Source: Callorhinchus milii (taxonomy: Eukaryota). From it: a stretch of 64,000 bases of DNA. This document shows, piece after piece, positions 24,870 through 37,429 of the stretch. The stretch is taken from NCBI RefSeq assembly GCF_018977255.1, contig NW_024704742.1:20586001-20650000 (forward strand). Direction: 5' to 3'. Numbering within the stretch: the first letter of the stretch is position 1; the number at the start of each line of letters is the position of its first letter. The translations under genes and the position numbers were made by a program. The notes under the pieces are model-generated. The model saw only the letters and a program-made list of their open reading frames with translations, was not told where the DNA came from and did no database searches.

Positions 24870-25275
24870 TTCCAGTTACAGGCTCCACAAGCCCATTACA
24901 CCCCTCTTCGCCAGACTCCATTAGCTTCCTGTTCCCCAGCGGAATGATTTAAAAATCATTGCTCTTTCTTTCAAATGCCTCCATACTCTTGCCCCACCTA
25001 ATTCTGTGTTCTCCTGCAGCTAATCTCTCTGCTTTGCTAACTCAGGTCTGCTTTACATCCTTTGCTCCCTCTATGTCATGACCACTGGCCAGTTATTCAG
25101 CCATCTTGCCCCAGTCTCTGGAATTCGCTCCCTGAATCCCTGCACCTTGTTCACTTCCTCTTCACTTTAAAAATCCTTTTAAAAAAACTACCTTAATGAC
25201 TGTACAGGCTCTTACTCTCTATAAAGTACTTTGAGACTTTTAGTTATGTGAAAGGTGCAAGATCCTATTATTGTA
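24870..25275 (+). mobile_element. Old L2 3' fragment
   Basis: ITPLFARLH*LPVPQRNDLK...LWNSLPESLHL remnants. Confidence 0.75.
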
Positions 25276-25799
25276 CTGTTATATTGCTAAAAATAATCAT
25301 AAAACAAATAGCAGCAAAGATTTGTTTAGGTAAACACAGCAGTAAGAGATTTGTGAATCCTTCATGAACAGTTTATTTTTCTCCCTTGCATGCATGTGTT
25401 TACACAGCATTCATTATTTGCTAACACAATTGTTTGCATATAGCATACAGCAAGTAAGCAGGGCTGGAATTCAACGGAAAGGGAAATGAATGTTCGTGAA
25501 ACCAGCTGAGTTCTGAAATATCGATTGGAGCATGTAACAATCTTAAATTCAGCATGCTGTGAACATATGTGTCAAATGCCATCACCTGCTATATAGGAGT
25601 AGCTGATGAGCTCAGACACTTGTGCCTTTGATCGAAAAGTTGCTATTAGTTCCCTTCTGCCAAAATTGCTAGGGATCATGACTAGCAGCACAGAAAATAA
25701 ATCCCAAATTGTTTTGGAGATTCCTCAGGGATAGGTGAAATTGCTCTAGACACCTTTCACGTAAGTTAGGAGACTAAGACCTGATGCATATTTGGATGG

Positions 25800-26020
25800 A
25801 GAAAAATGTTGAAAAGGAAACCATGGAGGGAACTAAAGAAATATTTATACAGAGGAAGGGTGGATTCAAGGACACTGGACTAAATTGGATTTTTTTAAAA
25901 AATGGATTAAAAAATATCTTGATGCTGTGATTGGAAGATGGTAGGGTGGGCATTCTAGAAGGATGAGATTAAATACACTGAAGGGCCTTCTTCATCCCAA
26001 ACTATCTTGTGATTGTGTGA
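25800..26020 (+). mobile_element. Old CR1 3' end (family with a cttgtgat tail)
   Basis: aagggccttcttcatcccaaactatcttgtgattgtgtga; same tail at about 29650, 34490, 44320 and (minus) 58050. Confidence 0.6.
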
Positions 26021-26374
26021 GATAAAAATGAAAAAATCTGAAATTGAAAGTTTAACCAGAAAATGCTTGAAACGCACAACAAAAGAGTAATTTATGAAAG
26101 AGAAACCTAGATTCAGGTTTTGGTTTGGTCTTTCAGCAAAAATGAAGTAATGAGGCTGTAAAGCCTGTTTGAAGGACAGAAGAAGGTCCAGATTATTGGG
26201 GGCAAGAAAGTTTACTTGCAGGATCTGCTGGGAGGATGTTGAGGAGAAGTATATCAACCTGTATTCATATAAGACCTTTCAAGGGACAGAATGTTGCAAG
26301 ACATTGCAATGGTGAACATCAAGCAGGAAAATGACAGATTTAAGAAGTACATTTTTTATTAATTTACAAAAAAA

Positions 26375-27055
26375 TAATAATCTTTGTGCTTAATATAGCA
26401 CTTATACCAACAAGAACATTTCAAAGAGCTTCACAAAGTTTTTGTGCATAGCAATAATATAGTATCATTTTTTGTATAGTGTAAACACCACAACAAATGG
26501 GTTGGACTGAATGGTCTGTTTCTTTGCTGTACAGTCCATGTAAATCTATTAAAAATCTTACAAAAAGCCATGAAATAGTGATTAATTTATCTGGAAGATT
26601 GTCAGCCAAGACATCAAGGGAAATCTCCTCTTTCTGACTAGTGCCATGGGATATTTAACCTCAGCTCGAACAGGTAAGCAGAATCTTTGTTTTATATGCA
26701 AAGGACATATAATGAAGTGCACCTCTAGTATTGGAATTGATTATCAGTCTAGGCCAATGGAAGCCAACCAGTTTTGAAATATTTATGCCTTAAATCAAGA
26801 AAACAAATGGAAACAAAACATTGATGTCAAACAGACTCGCCTGGACTAGTGCAATTGTTCGGCGGGACTCTTATTGATGTCCCAGTGGGCCACTTCTGGC
26901 CCAGGGGCCGTAGGTTGGCCACAACTGGTCTAGATATGGGCTCAAAGTCCTGACTTTTGACTTGCACCATGTCGGGACTTTAAACTCAGTGTCTAGACTG
27001 ATAATCAACCTTCTGACTCAGGGGTAGAAGTGCTGTCATTTGAACCAGGCTGTCA
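26375..27055 (-). mobile_element. Deu-domain SINE family B, degraded and interrupted
   Basis: Tail at about 26380, tagtgccatgggatatttaac at about 26640, head aaccttctgactcag at about 27010. Confidence 0.7.
26755..26927. mobile_element. hAT (Charlie-like) MITE with 8-bp TSD
   Basis: Ends caatggaagccaacc / ggttggccacaactg; subterminal ggccc/gggcc motifs; flanks gtctaggc (26747-26754) and gtctagat (26928-26935) fit the Charlie NTCTAGAN target. Confidence 0.75.
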
Positions 27056-27919
27056 CCTCAGTAACACCTTTAAGATGCATTGCATTTTGAACCCCATTAT
27101 TGGTATGATCACTCAATCTAGTAACCTATCCAGCAACAAGTTATTTTTCTGGGGAACTCTCAGTTCCTATAGTGCTGTGTGTCATTTTTTGCTGCAGAGA
27201 GCCTCATTTCAATTTCTCTCACACAAATATACATACCAAACGTGAAGCATTGATGATTAAGAAGTAGAGTCTTTTGAGTTAGATGAATGCATTTTAAATA
27301 ACTAGGCAGCAAATTAATTCAAAACGAAAGCTTTGAAGCAATGACAGAGGAAGGCACAGAACAAGAGAAGTGAAAAAATGCAGAACTTTCTGGACAATCA
27401 ATGAGAAATAGCCTAACAGTACTGAAAAATGTCACACCATCAGCAGTATATAATTGTCTAATTGTAACAGTCGTACAATTTTCCCTTCATTTTAGTGGTA
27501 AATGACATGAAAGATGAAAACAAAATTAAGTGTTCCCCGTAGTGTTGAAAATTAAGTGTTCCAGCTGCACAGTCTAACTGGCCATGGATGGCTGACAGCC
27601 TAATTAGATATTATTAAAAGGATCCAAGCTGCCCAAATTGGACAGCCTGCTTAAGCATAATAGTTAAATAAATGCTGGTACAGTATTGACCTTTTCTGTT
27701 TGCTCATCGGCTTCTTTCCTTTTCCTCTTCTTTGTCACCTTGGATTTGAAGTTTGGTGTTTTGTAATTTAAATAAAAGAAATCTAACAGTAATTTGCAAA
27801 TAAAACAATAAATCAAAACATTATTTATCAGTCCCCCATGGTAGCTATCGAGCTATCACCTGATTGATTACTGAACTTCATTGAATGAAAGAGTGAAATG
27901 TGGCTTCTTGTCTTACGAT

Positions 27920-28310
27920 GATAATAATTCTTGCATTTTGCTACAGCACCTATAATGGCAAAATGTCTCAAAGCACGTCGCAGAAAACTACTGTCAAATG
28001 TTATAACTGTGTGTACGTGTACACAGGCAGATCAGCCAATTTGTGCACAGCAATGTCCCAAGAATAAAGTGAATAATCAATTTAATTGGGGAGCTGTTGA
28101 GAAAGACAATCTCCCTTCCCCTTTTGAATGATATCCACCTGTCAGATGAGTGCATCACTTGTAGACATGTCCAGCACTGTAGTACTACAGCACTCCTCCA
28201 GTATTGCACTGGAGTGTCAGCCTTGACTGTGAATTCGCAATGCCAATGTGTGATTTGAACTCACAACCTTCTGACCAAGGGGAAAGAGTGGAATCAATTG
28301 AACCAAGCTA
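27920..28310 (-). mobile_element. Deu-domain SINE family B, degraded
   Basis: cagccaatttgtgcacagcaatgtccc and gcactcctccagtattgcactggagtgtcagcct...caaccttctgac. Confidence 0.75.
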
Positions 28311-29164
28311 TTCTTGGAGTTTCCAGCCAGCAAGTCAAGTGATTCCTCTGCAGATCCAGTGGAGCTGAGCCACAATGGAATCTAGACTGAGGTGATATTT
28401 TACACAGGCAGGCACTCAGTTTAACAGGTTCATCTCGCCAATATTCACACAGCCAGAAGTATATATTTNAAAAAAACACACATGACAGATTTGAGTGAAT
28501 CAGAGCATATGTCGACACTCTTTGTCCTATGATGGCAAACCCCAGCCACTGCGAATAATGCACTTGATAATCTGACGCCTGCGAAAGGTGCATTGAACTG
28601 GCAGATGGATTCAAAACAACAAATCATTCTCCTATTATGACCTGCATGTATTCTGTTTTATTTTAGCACAATGTATCGCACAAACAGCCTTGTAATTGCA
28701 ATTGGAATAACTTGTAAACTACTTGTCATCTCTCATCTCTCCCCCCACTCCCACACTGTCAACTATTTTTTACAATCTTTCATTTTTTTTTAAAATAGCA
28801 ATTGGATTGTGAGCTATTGTAAATCTTGAAATACATCCTTCCACAGCACAAAATAAGCACAGTGCCAATCATTTCTCCTCAGGACATGAACATATATTGT
28901 TCCAACAGAGAAGTGGTGAAATCCAGTTATCTGCCAGGATTCCAAGCTGTCAATGCTTAATGTCTCAGACACCTTTCTTAACCATGGTGCATAATACAAT
29001 ATATCAAGCTCCAACATTATAGGTTTCTATTATACAATATTTTCCTGAATATAGTTTCACTTACTCTAAAGCAGGTATATTGCTTCCTGCTTTGCAACCT
29101 GCTTTGTAACATCCAGTACACTACTGTACTGTATTTAAATTTGTTACAACTGATTAAAATAGTT

Positions 29165-29435
29165 GTTAAAAGAAACAGAGGAGAGGTGAGGAGAAATGTT
29201 TTCACACAGCGAGTTGATCGGATCTAGAATGCATTGCATGAAAGGGTGGTGGAAGCCGATTCAATAACAACTTTTAAGAGAAGTAGATAATTATTTGGAG
29301 AGGACAAGTTTGCAGGGCTATGGGGAGAGTGTGGGGGAGTGGGATTGAATTGGATAGCTCTTTTCAAAGAGCCAACACCGACATGATGGGCCGAATGACC
29401 TCCTTCTGTGCTGTATAATTCTATGATTCTATGAT
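29165..29435 (+). mobile_element. CR1 3' end (same family as 59147-60870)
   Basis: RNRGEVRRNVFTQRV...; tail aattctatgattctatgat. Confidence 0.9.
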
Positions 29436-29489
29436 GTTTCCTGCTGTCACAAACAATAAAGATATACTAAGGCGGCAGCAGCAGAAAAG

Positions 29490-29697
29490 GGATTTGGGGT
29501 TGCAAAAGGCAATTTCAAGAAAGGCAGGGGCAAGTATTTCTAAACCCAGAGGGTAATTAACAACTGGAATGAGTTGCCATGAGCCAGAAACAACTTAATG
29601 CTGTGATGTGAGGTCTGTAGATTGAGTATTCTGGAGGGATGAATTCATATGGGCCAAAGGGTCTTCTTCATCTGAACCTCTCTTGTGATCTTGTGAA
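29490..29697 (+). mobile_element. Old CR1 3' end (cttgtgat tail family)
   Basis: cccagagggtaattaacaactggaa (QRVINNWN); tail cttgtgatcttgtga. Confidence 0.7.
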
Positions 29698-30119
29698 TAA
29701 AATTATAAAGACAGATCCAAGCTGCCCAAATTGGACCTTCTGAGTGTCACAGGAGGACACAAATACAGAAGGGAAACAGTTCAAAATCTCTGCTTTAGTT
29801 TATAAAATACATTTCGATCCTGTACCTTTTTTATTGTTTCTGTTTCTCTTGGTTTGGATAGTCTTAAGGATGTGTCAGATACCCAGCTGAACAAAAAAAT
29901 TTACTGAGCAACAAATTTGTCGGCCAAAGTCTTCAAGGTTTTTTTTATTATTCAGTGAAGCTCTGCATTGTGTGCTTTGTTGCAGATGTGGTAATTACAT
30001 TATAAAATACAATTATATTCTTAAAAGGAAACGCAAGAAGAATTTGAAACCACATGTCTCCTTCCTAAAAAGTATCATTAACAAACTATTGAACAGTGAG
30101 TCAGTAATAAAGTCAGTAA

Positions 30120-30372
30120 TTCAGGGTTACCACTATTAGAACAAATGTGACATTAGAATGATTTTATATAGAGTGTTGTTAGAATGTGGAATGAAAACTG
30201 AGACCCTTTTTAAAAAAAATTGGAGATATACTTGAAGAAATAATAATAAAGGGCCTGAGGAAAGGAAAGGATAGGAATAAGGTGTTTGAGTAGATAGCTT
30301 CAGTACCAGAGTCAGCACCAGCGTAGGCCAAATAGGCCTTACTACTGTGAACTTCCATTTTGCCATGATCTA
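30120..30372 (+). mobile_element. Very old CR1 3' end
   Basis: agagtgttgttagaatgtggaatg (xxVRMWN) and ggccaaataggcct. Confidence 0.5.
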
Positions 30373-30529
30373 ATGTATCTTTGACCAGTGAGATTAGGAG
30401 CAGGAAGTATAAATTACTCTTCTTTGCCAACCTCCGACAATACAACGCACTCCCAGAACTGCATTCCCACCTACAAATCAAAGTCACGACGTAATAAGGT
30501 GCTTCATCAAATGGATGGATTATTTATTA

Positions 30530-30820
30530 TAATAACAATAATAATCTTTGCATTTGATATTGTGCCTCATCACGTCATTGAGACGTTTCAAAACGTTCAT
30601 AGGATATACTTTAGAGTGGATTGACTTTGCATTTTGTGGGCAAAACACGGCAGTCAGATGCACAAACAGCCATGGAGTGAGTGACCAATTTTATTTGGGG
30701 GATTCTTAACCAGGACACTAGAAGAAACTCCCCTTTCTTTTCGAATTGTGCCATGGGATCTTTGACATCCACCTGAACAGGCAAATGGGACCTCGGTTTA
30801 ATATCTCATCCAAAGGACGA
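30530..30820 (-). mobile_element. Deu-domain SINE 3' two-thirds
   Basis: Shared SINE tail, then gtgccatgggatctttgacatccacctg...cctcggtttaatatctcatcc. Confidence 0.85.
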
Positions 30821-31239
30821 GTAACATCTCCGTAAATTAAAATTTTACAGAGTGAAAATTCCAACCTGTGATATGCAAATTAGCACACTGCAACCACTGA
30901 ATGTAATTTGAGTTCCAGCTGGTGGCATACAAGCTTAAGACTGTATTCTTTTTTGTGTTAAGACAGCATTAGGAGAAGCAACATTTCAATGTGTGAGTTA
31001 ACAGTTCATTGCCCACTATGGTTGGTTTGGGGCCGAATCTTTATGACAGTGGATGAAAGGAGTTCACACCCACAGACCTGATAATAAGTACCAACATTGC
31101 ACTTTTCAACACTGTTTGGGTTAACGATGGATTATTGAATACAGGTCACAATGTTCCCCTCACAACCAAAAAGTAAGGGATGCAAGATGAAGGCGAGTGC
31201 TAACTTAATGTTATTGTCTTGATAAATGTTTCAATTTCC

Positions 31240-31470
31240 CTCATATTTATTTCTCTGTTTCATGGTGTTCCAGAGAATATCCCATCCAAACATTGTCCCC
31301 AGTGCACTATCATACAAATGTGATCTGAAGTATAAGTGCACCCAAAACACATTTCAAGATGAAGTAAGTATCATCAGTGCCTCGTACACTATTTGCTCAT
31401 ACATCTCCACTGGCCTGCAAGATATTTGTTCCATTTCAGTTATACATTTATCATCAGTTACAAGGCTCCT
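31240..31470 (-). pseudogene. Possible third Harbinger transposase relic
   Basis: Minus strand gives INV*L, ILQASG, RGTDDTYFILK and an LGD..GYSL-like segment in order, but needs several frameshifts. Confidence 0.35.
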
Positions 31471-32031
31471 CTGTGAAATGCTGTCACAATGCATATCACA
31501 GAGTTTGCTTGGAGTGAAAATGATTGGGATAACATTAGCCACAAAGATTATTAACTTAATGGGGAAATCCTATCATAGAGTGTTAGCATAGAAGGAGCTA
31601 TCCCACTGTATCTTTGCATACCATTGAGCTAGCTACTCTAATCTTATTTCCCTGCTCTTTCCCCATATCCTGTAATAATATTTTACCTGGAGTATTTGTT
31701 CCTATTCCCTTTTAAATCTATCTCCTTTGATCGCCTATTTATGTTAAAGAATTCCGTACTTTAACTAACTTCTGTGTNAAAAAAGGCTTCTTATCCTCCC
31801 CTTTTATTTTCTGGCAACCGTTCAGAATACTAACCTTTGTCTACAAATACGCAGACTTTATAGTAAATGCTGTAAAGTTTAGTACTTTCGTCAATATGCT
31901 AAGGCTTTGTACCAAATGCAATCATATTTCCTCTCCTCACCACCCTTGACTCCTAGCTTCACCTCTGGTGTTCAGCCAGAATTGCCTCACGTGAAAGGCA
32001 CTATAAAAGTGTAAATTGTACCTTATTGTAT

Positions 32032-32155
32032 TTTGGAGCATTGAGAACTTGGTAAATTCTTAAGTACAACCTTAATTTTGAAGCCTATTTTCATGGAAAA
32101 CAATTTCAAAGTTAAGGCTGAATTTGTCAATTTGCCAAATTCTGGATGCTCCAAA
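32032..32155. mobile_element. Palindromic MITE-like element
   Basis: About 52-bp imperfect arms tttggagca...aattttgaa / ttcaaagtt...tgctccaaa around a short spacer; related sequence at about 7915-7955 and 55127-55210. Confidence 0.65.
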
Positions 32156-34189
32156 CTGGTAGAGTAAATCGAGACCAGATGGAATTTCTCTCTGGAGATG
32201 TTTTAAGTAAATAAGATATGTTTCTAACTAAGGACTAATAGAAATGAAAGGAAGATCAGTCCCACATTGCAATCTCTGTATGACATTACACTTCTGCATT
32301 TTTAATTCATGACTATGCCAAGCCACCGAGGAGGGTACTGAAACATGAAAACACTTTGGGTCTCAGATGATTTTGTGGCTTCATTTTCCCTCTCATATAA
32401 TGTTGCAATCTTGTAACTTGTCTGTCAGATTAATGGGAAGTTTATTGTTTGCCAGTTAGACCAGAACTCATACTTTGACAAAATGTGTTAGGTGGCAATT
32501 AATCAGAATGTTCAGGTTTTACACGATTCACGACATTATATAAATATACTCAAATTAATAAAGGTTTTAAACTTCTACAACAAAGCAAGTTATGCAATAA
32601 TGTGCACACTGCAGTAATAATGCTTTGTTCAATGTTAACTTACTTCTAGAATCGTCAATAAAATTGGTTAACACTCCCTGTCCAGTATCTGTGAATTGCT
32701 AAGGCGATGTCTGTACTTGAGATTTATCGCACGTTATTTTCACCTTCCACTTACAAGCAGGTGGTTGAGTATTGGGAACGCTGCGGCTATCACAGTCTCC
32801 CTGAGTCTCAGCTCCCACTGTTTCAGTGTTGAATTGTTCTTGAGGCCTAAAGGAACATTTCACTGCAGCAACTGCCCTCCTAGTGGACCTTCCATTCATA
32901 ATCATTGTAAAAAGTTCTGGAAATTCTCCACTAAAATGAGATGATTTTTATTCCATGCTTGTCCTGGTCACAGCGGCCAAGACTTGAATACCACAGATGC
33001 AGTCTTAGGTGAGTGTTGTTGATCTGCCACAAAGCCATGAGCTGAACAAAGGGAATGTGATGGCAGTGTGCGTGTGTTTGCAGACGAGTAGAGTTGGGGG
33101 GTGCACATTCTTTCTTGCCTTACAATAAATATGTATCCAGTTGGGCAATAATTGAGCAGGCCTGCCAATGCTATTTGAGGAAAATGGGTAAACCCAAATA
33201 GCTTTGAAGGTGAAAGGCTAAGAATGTTCAGAGGGAAGTTTAAGTGACAATTAAAAAGAAAAAGGTCCATTATATCTCCCTTGCATAGCACAGCAAAAGT
33301 GATGCCATTTGTATTCAAATAGACTGAAGGCTAGAAAACCTTCTTGCACTCAGCTAACTTACACTATGTTAATTGAATTGTAGCTGGTGGTGCTTTCGTC
33401 TCTGCACTCACCTTTAGAAGCCTGTCTCAAGTTCCATTAAGCCTTTCCCACAAATGTACTGTTGTAATCAATAAAAATGTGAATAGTTTAAGGCTTTTAC
33501 ATTGCAGGAGCTCACTGATGCACATTAGTATCATCTGTGGATCCATGTGGAAGCACCACCTGGTGAGCGAGCTATTGTGGTTTTCCATTTTCTGTTTTTT
33601 TAAACCAAGGCTGTCTACAGACTTTCCATCATTAAATTTTAACCGTTGTTGCCCTCATTTCGGTTCCGATGTGGGCTCCCGAACTTCTCCCCACTGACTG
33701 TCCTGCAGCTGGCATTGCTAGCATGGTACATAGAAACTGCATCATCACCAGGGAATTAAACTTTATCAGTGTACAACAGACATCAATTTATATTATGCAC
33801 AGCCTATCAGTAGAGAATTAAAACATAACTGACATTTAAAAATAATAGTTTTTCAGGGCCTCCCCAGAGCTCTGCCAATTTAGATCTATCAGCACAAAGA
33901 ACCACAGTTAACCCTCATTGCACCTCAGCAAATCCAGGATTTAGAAGCCAGTCTCAATCATAATGTTAATGTGTTGGTAATGATCCTACCTTCGGAGCTA
34001 CATTACTATTAAACCAGCTCCTCCCTTTGCATAATGTCTCAAACATCTTCTAAAAGTTCTAAGAAGAGAATTCAAGGGCTCATTCAAGGTTTGAGCAGGT
34101 TTGGGGATTAGTACCACAATAAATCACCGTAACACTGACCAGCAATAACATTTAATATCCACTCCAGGTGCCCAGTGTTAGAGGAATGA

Positions 34190-34520
34190 GCTATTAGCAA
34201 CGAATAGGCAAGCTAAAACTCTTCTGCCTTAGAGACGACAACAGAGAGAGGACCTCATATATATGTACAACATTTTATGTGGGATTGGAAAAGTAAACCC
34301 AGATCAATACTTCAGGATGTGTCATTACAGTAGAACAACTGGGCATAGATTTAGAGTTGTAAAGGGTAATTTCAGGACAGATACAGGTAGCTTTTGTTTA
34401 TACATAACTGGAACAGGCTGCCAGGATGAGGTGATGAGGGGAGAGAAGGGTGGATGTTCTGGAGGGATGAGACGTGACAAAAAGCTTCTGCATCCAGACC
34501 AATCTTGTGATCTTGTGATG
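34190..34520 (+). mobile_element. Old CR1 3' fragment
   Basis: YNILCGIGKVNPDQYF...RTTGHRFRVVKGNFRTD; tail tcttgtgatcttgtgat. Confidence 0.75.
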
Positions 34521-34959
34521 ACTGACCTTAACTGTCTAAACTCCCTCTTACTTAAAATTCAGCTTCCAATTCTCCTCTCCATTACTCCCCCCCGCCCCCA
34601 TATCTTGCTGTGTTGCTCTATCCAACTTACTCAAAAGCAGAAACCAATGATTCAAGCTCCCTCACGAATATGCTGAATTGCTTTTATTTCATTTGTTTAA
34701 AACTGCAGGCTAGAAGAAGCAGTGAAAAGAAATCCCAGACAAAGACATGTAATAACATTTTGGCCCAGTATGATGTAAATATATTTCAGGGACAGAGAAT
34801 TTTTTCTTCCTTTCTGAAATGTTCTTCCTTCTCTCATACTTTGTTTTTTCTTCCCAATGTTCCCTTCAGAACCTCACAATTTTATTAACACAAGATGCAG
34901 AGCAATATGAGAACAGGGTGAACCCAGCAACCATATCCGAAGGTTGAAGGCTTGAGCCC

Positions 34960-35290
34960 CATATCAGGATTTCAATTCACAGTCTAGGCTGACACACTCC
35001 AAATGGGAGAGTGCTGCATTGTTGGGGGTGTTGTCGTGTGGATGAGACGTTAAATCCAAGGTCAGGTCCCCCTGTTCAGATGGTCGTTTTAGATCCCATT
35101 TCACTTTCAAAAAGAGAAGGGAGTTTCTCCCTATATCATGGTCATTCCCTTTGTGGCCATTTGTGGGACCTGGTTGTGCACAAAATGCCTTTTGCATTAG
35201 CCTACAAAAAAGTTTAAAAAAAAGTAATTACTGTAAACTGCTTTGAGTGATATGACAAGGCACTACAACAAATGTATGTTCTGCTTCTTC
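34960..35290 (+). mobile_element. Deu-domain SINE family B, degraded
   Basis: ctaggctgacac..gggagagtgctgcattg..ggatgagacgttaaa..gggagtttctcc. Confidence 0.75.
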
Positions 35291-36437
35291 GCCTAAAAGT
35301 ATTCAGTCACTCAACAATAAAACCCTGGGGTGCGCATCCTTTGAGATGTCTTCAGAATCTAAGAAGCTATATCAAACACAAGGATTATTATTTTTCTTTC
35401 ACATCATCATTGATTGAATGGCCACCTCCCTTCACTAACACTGAAAGTGCTGAGACAGCTCATTACTTGTATCCTTTTTGCTGAGCTTATGAGGCACAGA
35501 CGGCTGACAGCAGAGCCATTGAGGAAAAGGTGGAGTGAGTGGGATTTTCAAGTGCGCAACAGCTGGTCAGGGAGTAGTTAGACTGGCAAGAGGGAATTGG
35601 CGGTGAGTGAATGTTAGGAGAGGTAGGGGTGGGTTGAAGTTGAGAATGGGTAGTGGGAACTTGAACTTGAATTGGTTCCTCAGTGGATTTATTTAAAAAT
35701 TATTACAATTGTCTGCCCCATTGTGGAGCTAGTACATTTATTAATTCATTAAAAAGTGGCAAGGATGAGATTTCAAGATTTGTAACTTGGGCTATAACGC
35801 ACACACACACATCTAAGTGAAGTGAACCTCATAGTTGAGCTTTCAGTGGCCACCAATGTTGCCTTTCATGGGGGTATGTGTTACAGTGCCACTTCACAGG
35901 TTACTGCTTTAAGTCAGCGCTCTGAGACACTAACAGCAGGGAGGGCTCTACATAAATGCACGCTGTCGTTATTGTGATCGATAACTCAACCTGGTTAAGA
36001 ATAAGGTCTAAATTCTGGTAGATTTACTCTGAAAAGTTAAAGGTTTTTTTAAGGTTTAAAAAAAAGTAGAAAGGTATTAAGGGGAAATGTTAACTTCGAT
36101 CAAATTGGTCTCTGGAAGGGTTTGAATTGAATTGACACTCCAGAACTGTCCGCAAGCATGTGCGAGTAAATTTAAAACTGGTTTCGAACAGAAAAACAAT
36201 GGCAAAAACAAGAAAACACACAAAGATGAAGAGAAAGGAGAGTGCAGCAACAGCAGCAGAAGAGGAGCTAGAGACCAGAAATAAAGAAATAGATATTCCT
36301 TTTGTTATTGTGGCTTTCACATGCAGAAGACATCTCAAAGTGCTTCATAGAATTTAATGTAAAGTGTAATGATTAGTTTTGTAGATTCACTGCCCTGTAC
36401 ATTAAATCTTGAGCAACGCCTTGAGATGAAGACGCGA

Positions 36438-36602
36438 TAACAACAACAACAAGATTGCATTTATAGAGCGCCTTTCTCGTTGGGAGGACGTCCCAAGGCG
36501 CTGGACAGTTGGGTCAGGACCCGAGCAGGGGGAAATGGTCAGGGTGAGGGGAGGGAAGGGAGGGAGCGAGGAGAGGGTAGAGAGTCAAGAGGTGGGGGGG
36601 GA
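36438..36602 (-). mobile_element. L2 3' tip
   Basis: (AAC)n then gcgcctttctcgttgggaggacgtcccaaggcgctggacag. Confidence 0.85.
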
Positions 36603-36772
36603 TGCAAGTGCAAGGATTAATTACTTTTATTGTGAATGAGGAGAAGGACATAGGACTCATAAGGAAGAAATGGATGTGACTGTGCCTGGTATAGGTAACG
36701 ATAGTAAATTCCCCAGCAGGCATGTACATACATTGTGCAGGAAGGCGGTGTCTCGCGCTGCGATATAGTCAT

Positions 36773-36892
36773 AAAAATAATAATCCTTGCATTTGATATA
36801 GCGCCTGATCATGTCTTCGAGACATCTCAAAGCGTTTCACAGAATATAATGTAAAGTGTAGTGACTGTGTGTTTTGTGGGCGAAACGCGGCA
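36773..36892 (-). mobile_element. SINE family A 3' tail fragment
   Basis: aataatccttgcatttgatatagcgcc...gggcgaaacgcggcag. Confidence 0.85.
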
Positions 36893-37429
36893 GGCTTCAT
36901 CTGTGAGGTGGCTACCTCCATTTTATCTTCTCTTTGATGTATGAATGTTTGAAGCTGTGCCTCATTCATAACAAGGGCAATGTCTCTGTCTATAGTTATA
37001 TTATGCAATAAACAGCTCACAAATTCATATCCAGACTCATGTTCACAAAACACCATGTTGCTCCACAAAAATATATATATCCTGTGAAGGGCTTTGCGAC
37101 ATCCTCCTGATATGAAAAGCACTTTACCTAATGCAAGTAGTACTATTATGACTATGGTGTTGTGGTGCTGTACTCCCGACCCACCTAAAAGAAAAATAGA
37201 AACGTTTCATGAGTATGACCATGGTTTCCTCAATAAAGATTAGGGAACGAGCCTGATGTTGTTTAACCTAGGCTGATGGTGTGGAATTGTATAACTGTGT
37301 CATTAGCCACAGAGTGTTTGTATTGTTCTGTGAAGTGCTTTGAGACGTCTCGAAGACATGATAAAGTGCTATATCAAATGCAAGGATTATTATTATTATC
37401 TTTCATTCTCTTACAATAGCTGTTAGACT

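Noticed and set aside
28469..31778. Single N bases at 28469 and 31778
   Set aside because: Both border A-homopolymers and are assembly ambiguity.
36160..36357. Lys/Glu-rich ORF as an exon or LINE ORF1 start
   Set aside because: Low-complexity purine-rich sequence running into a SINE tail; no recognisable motif.
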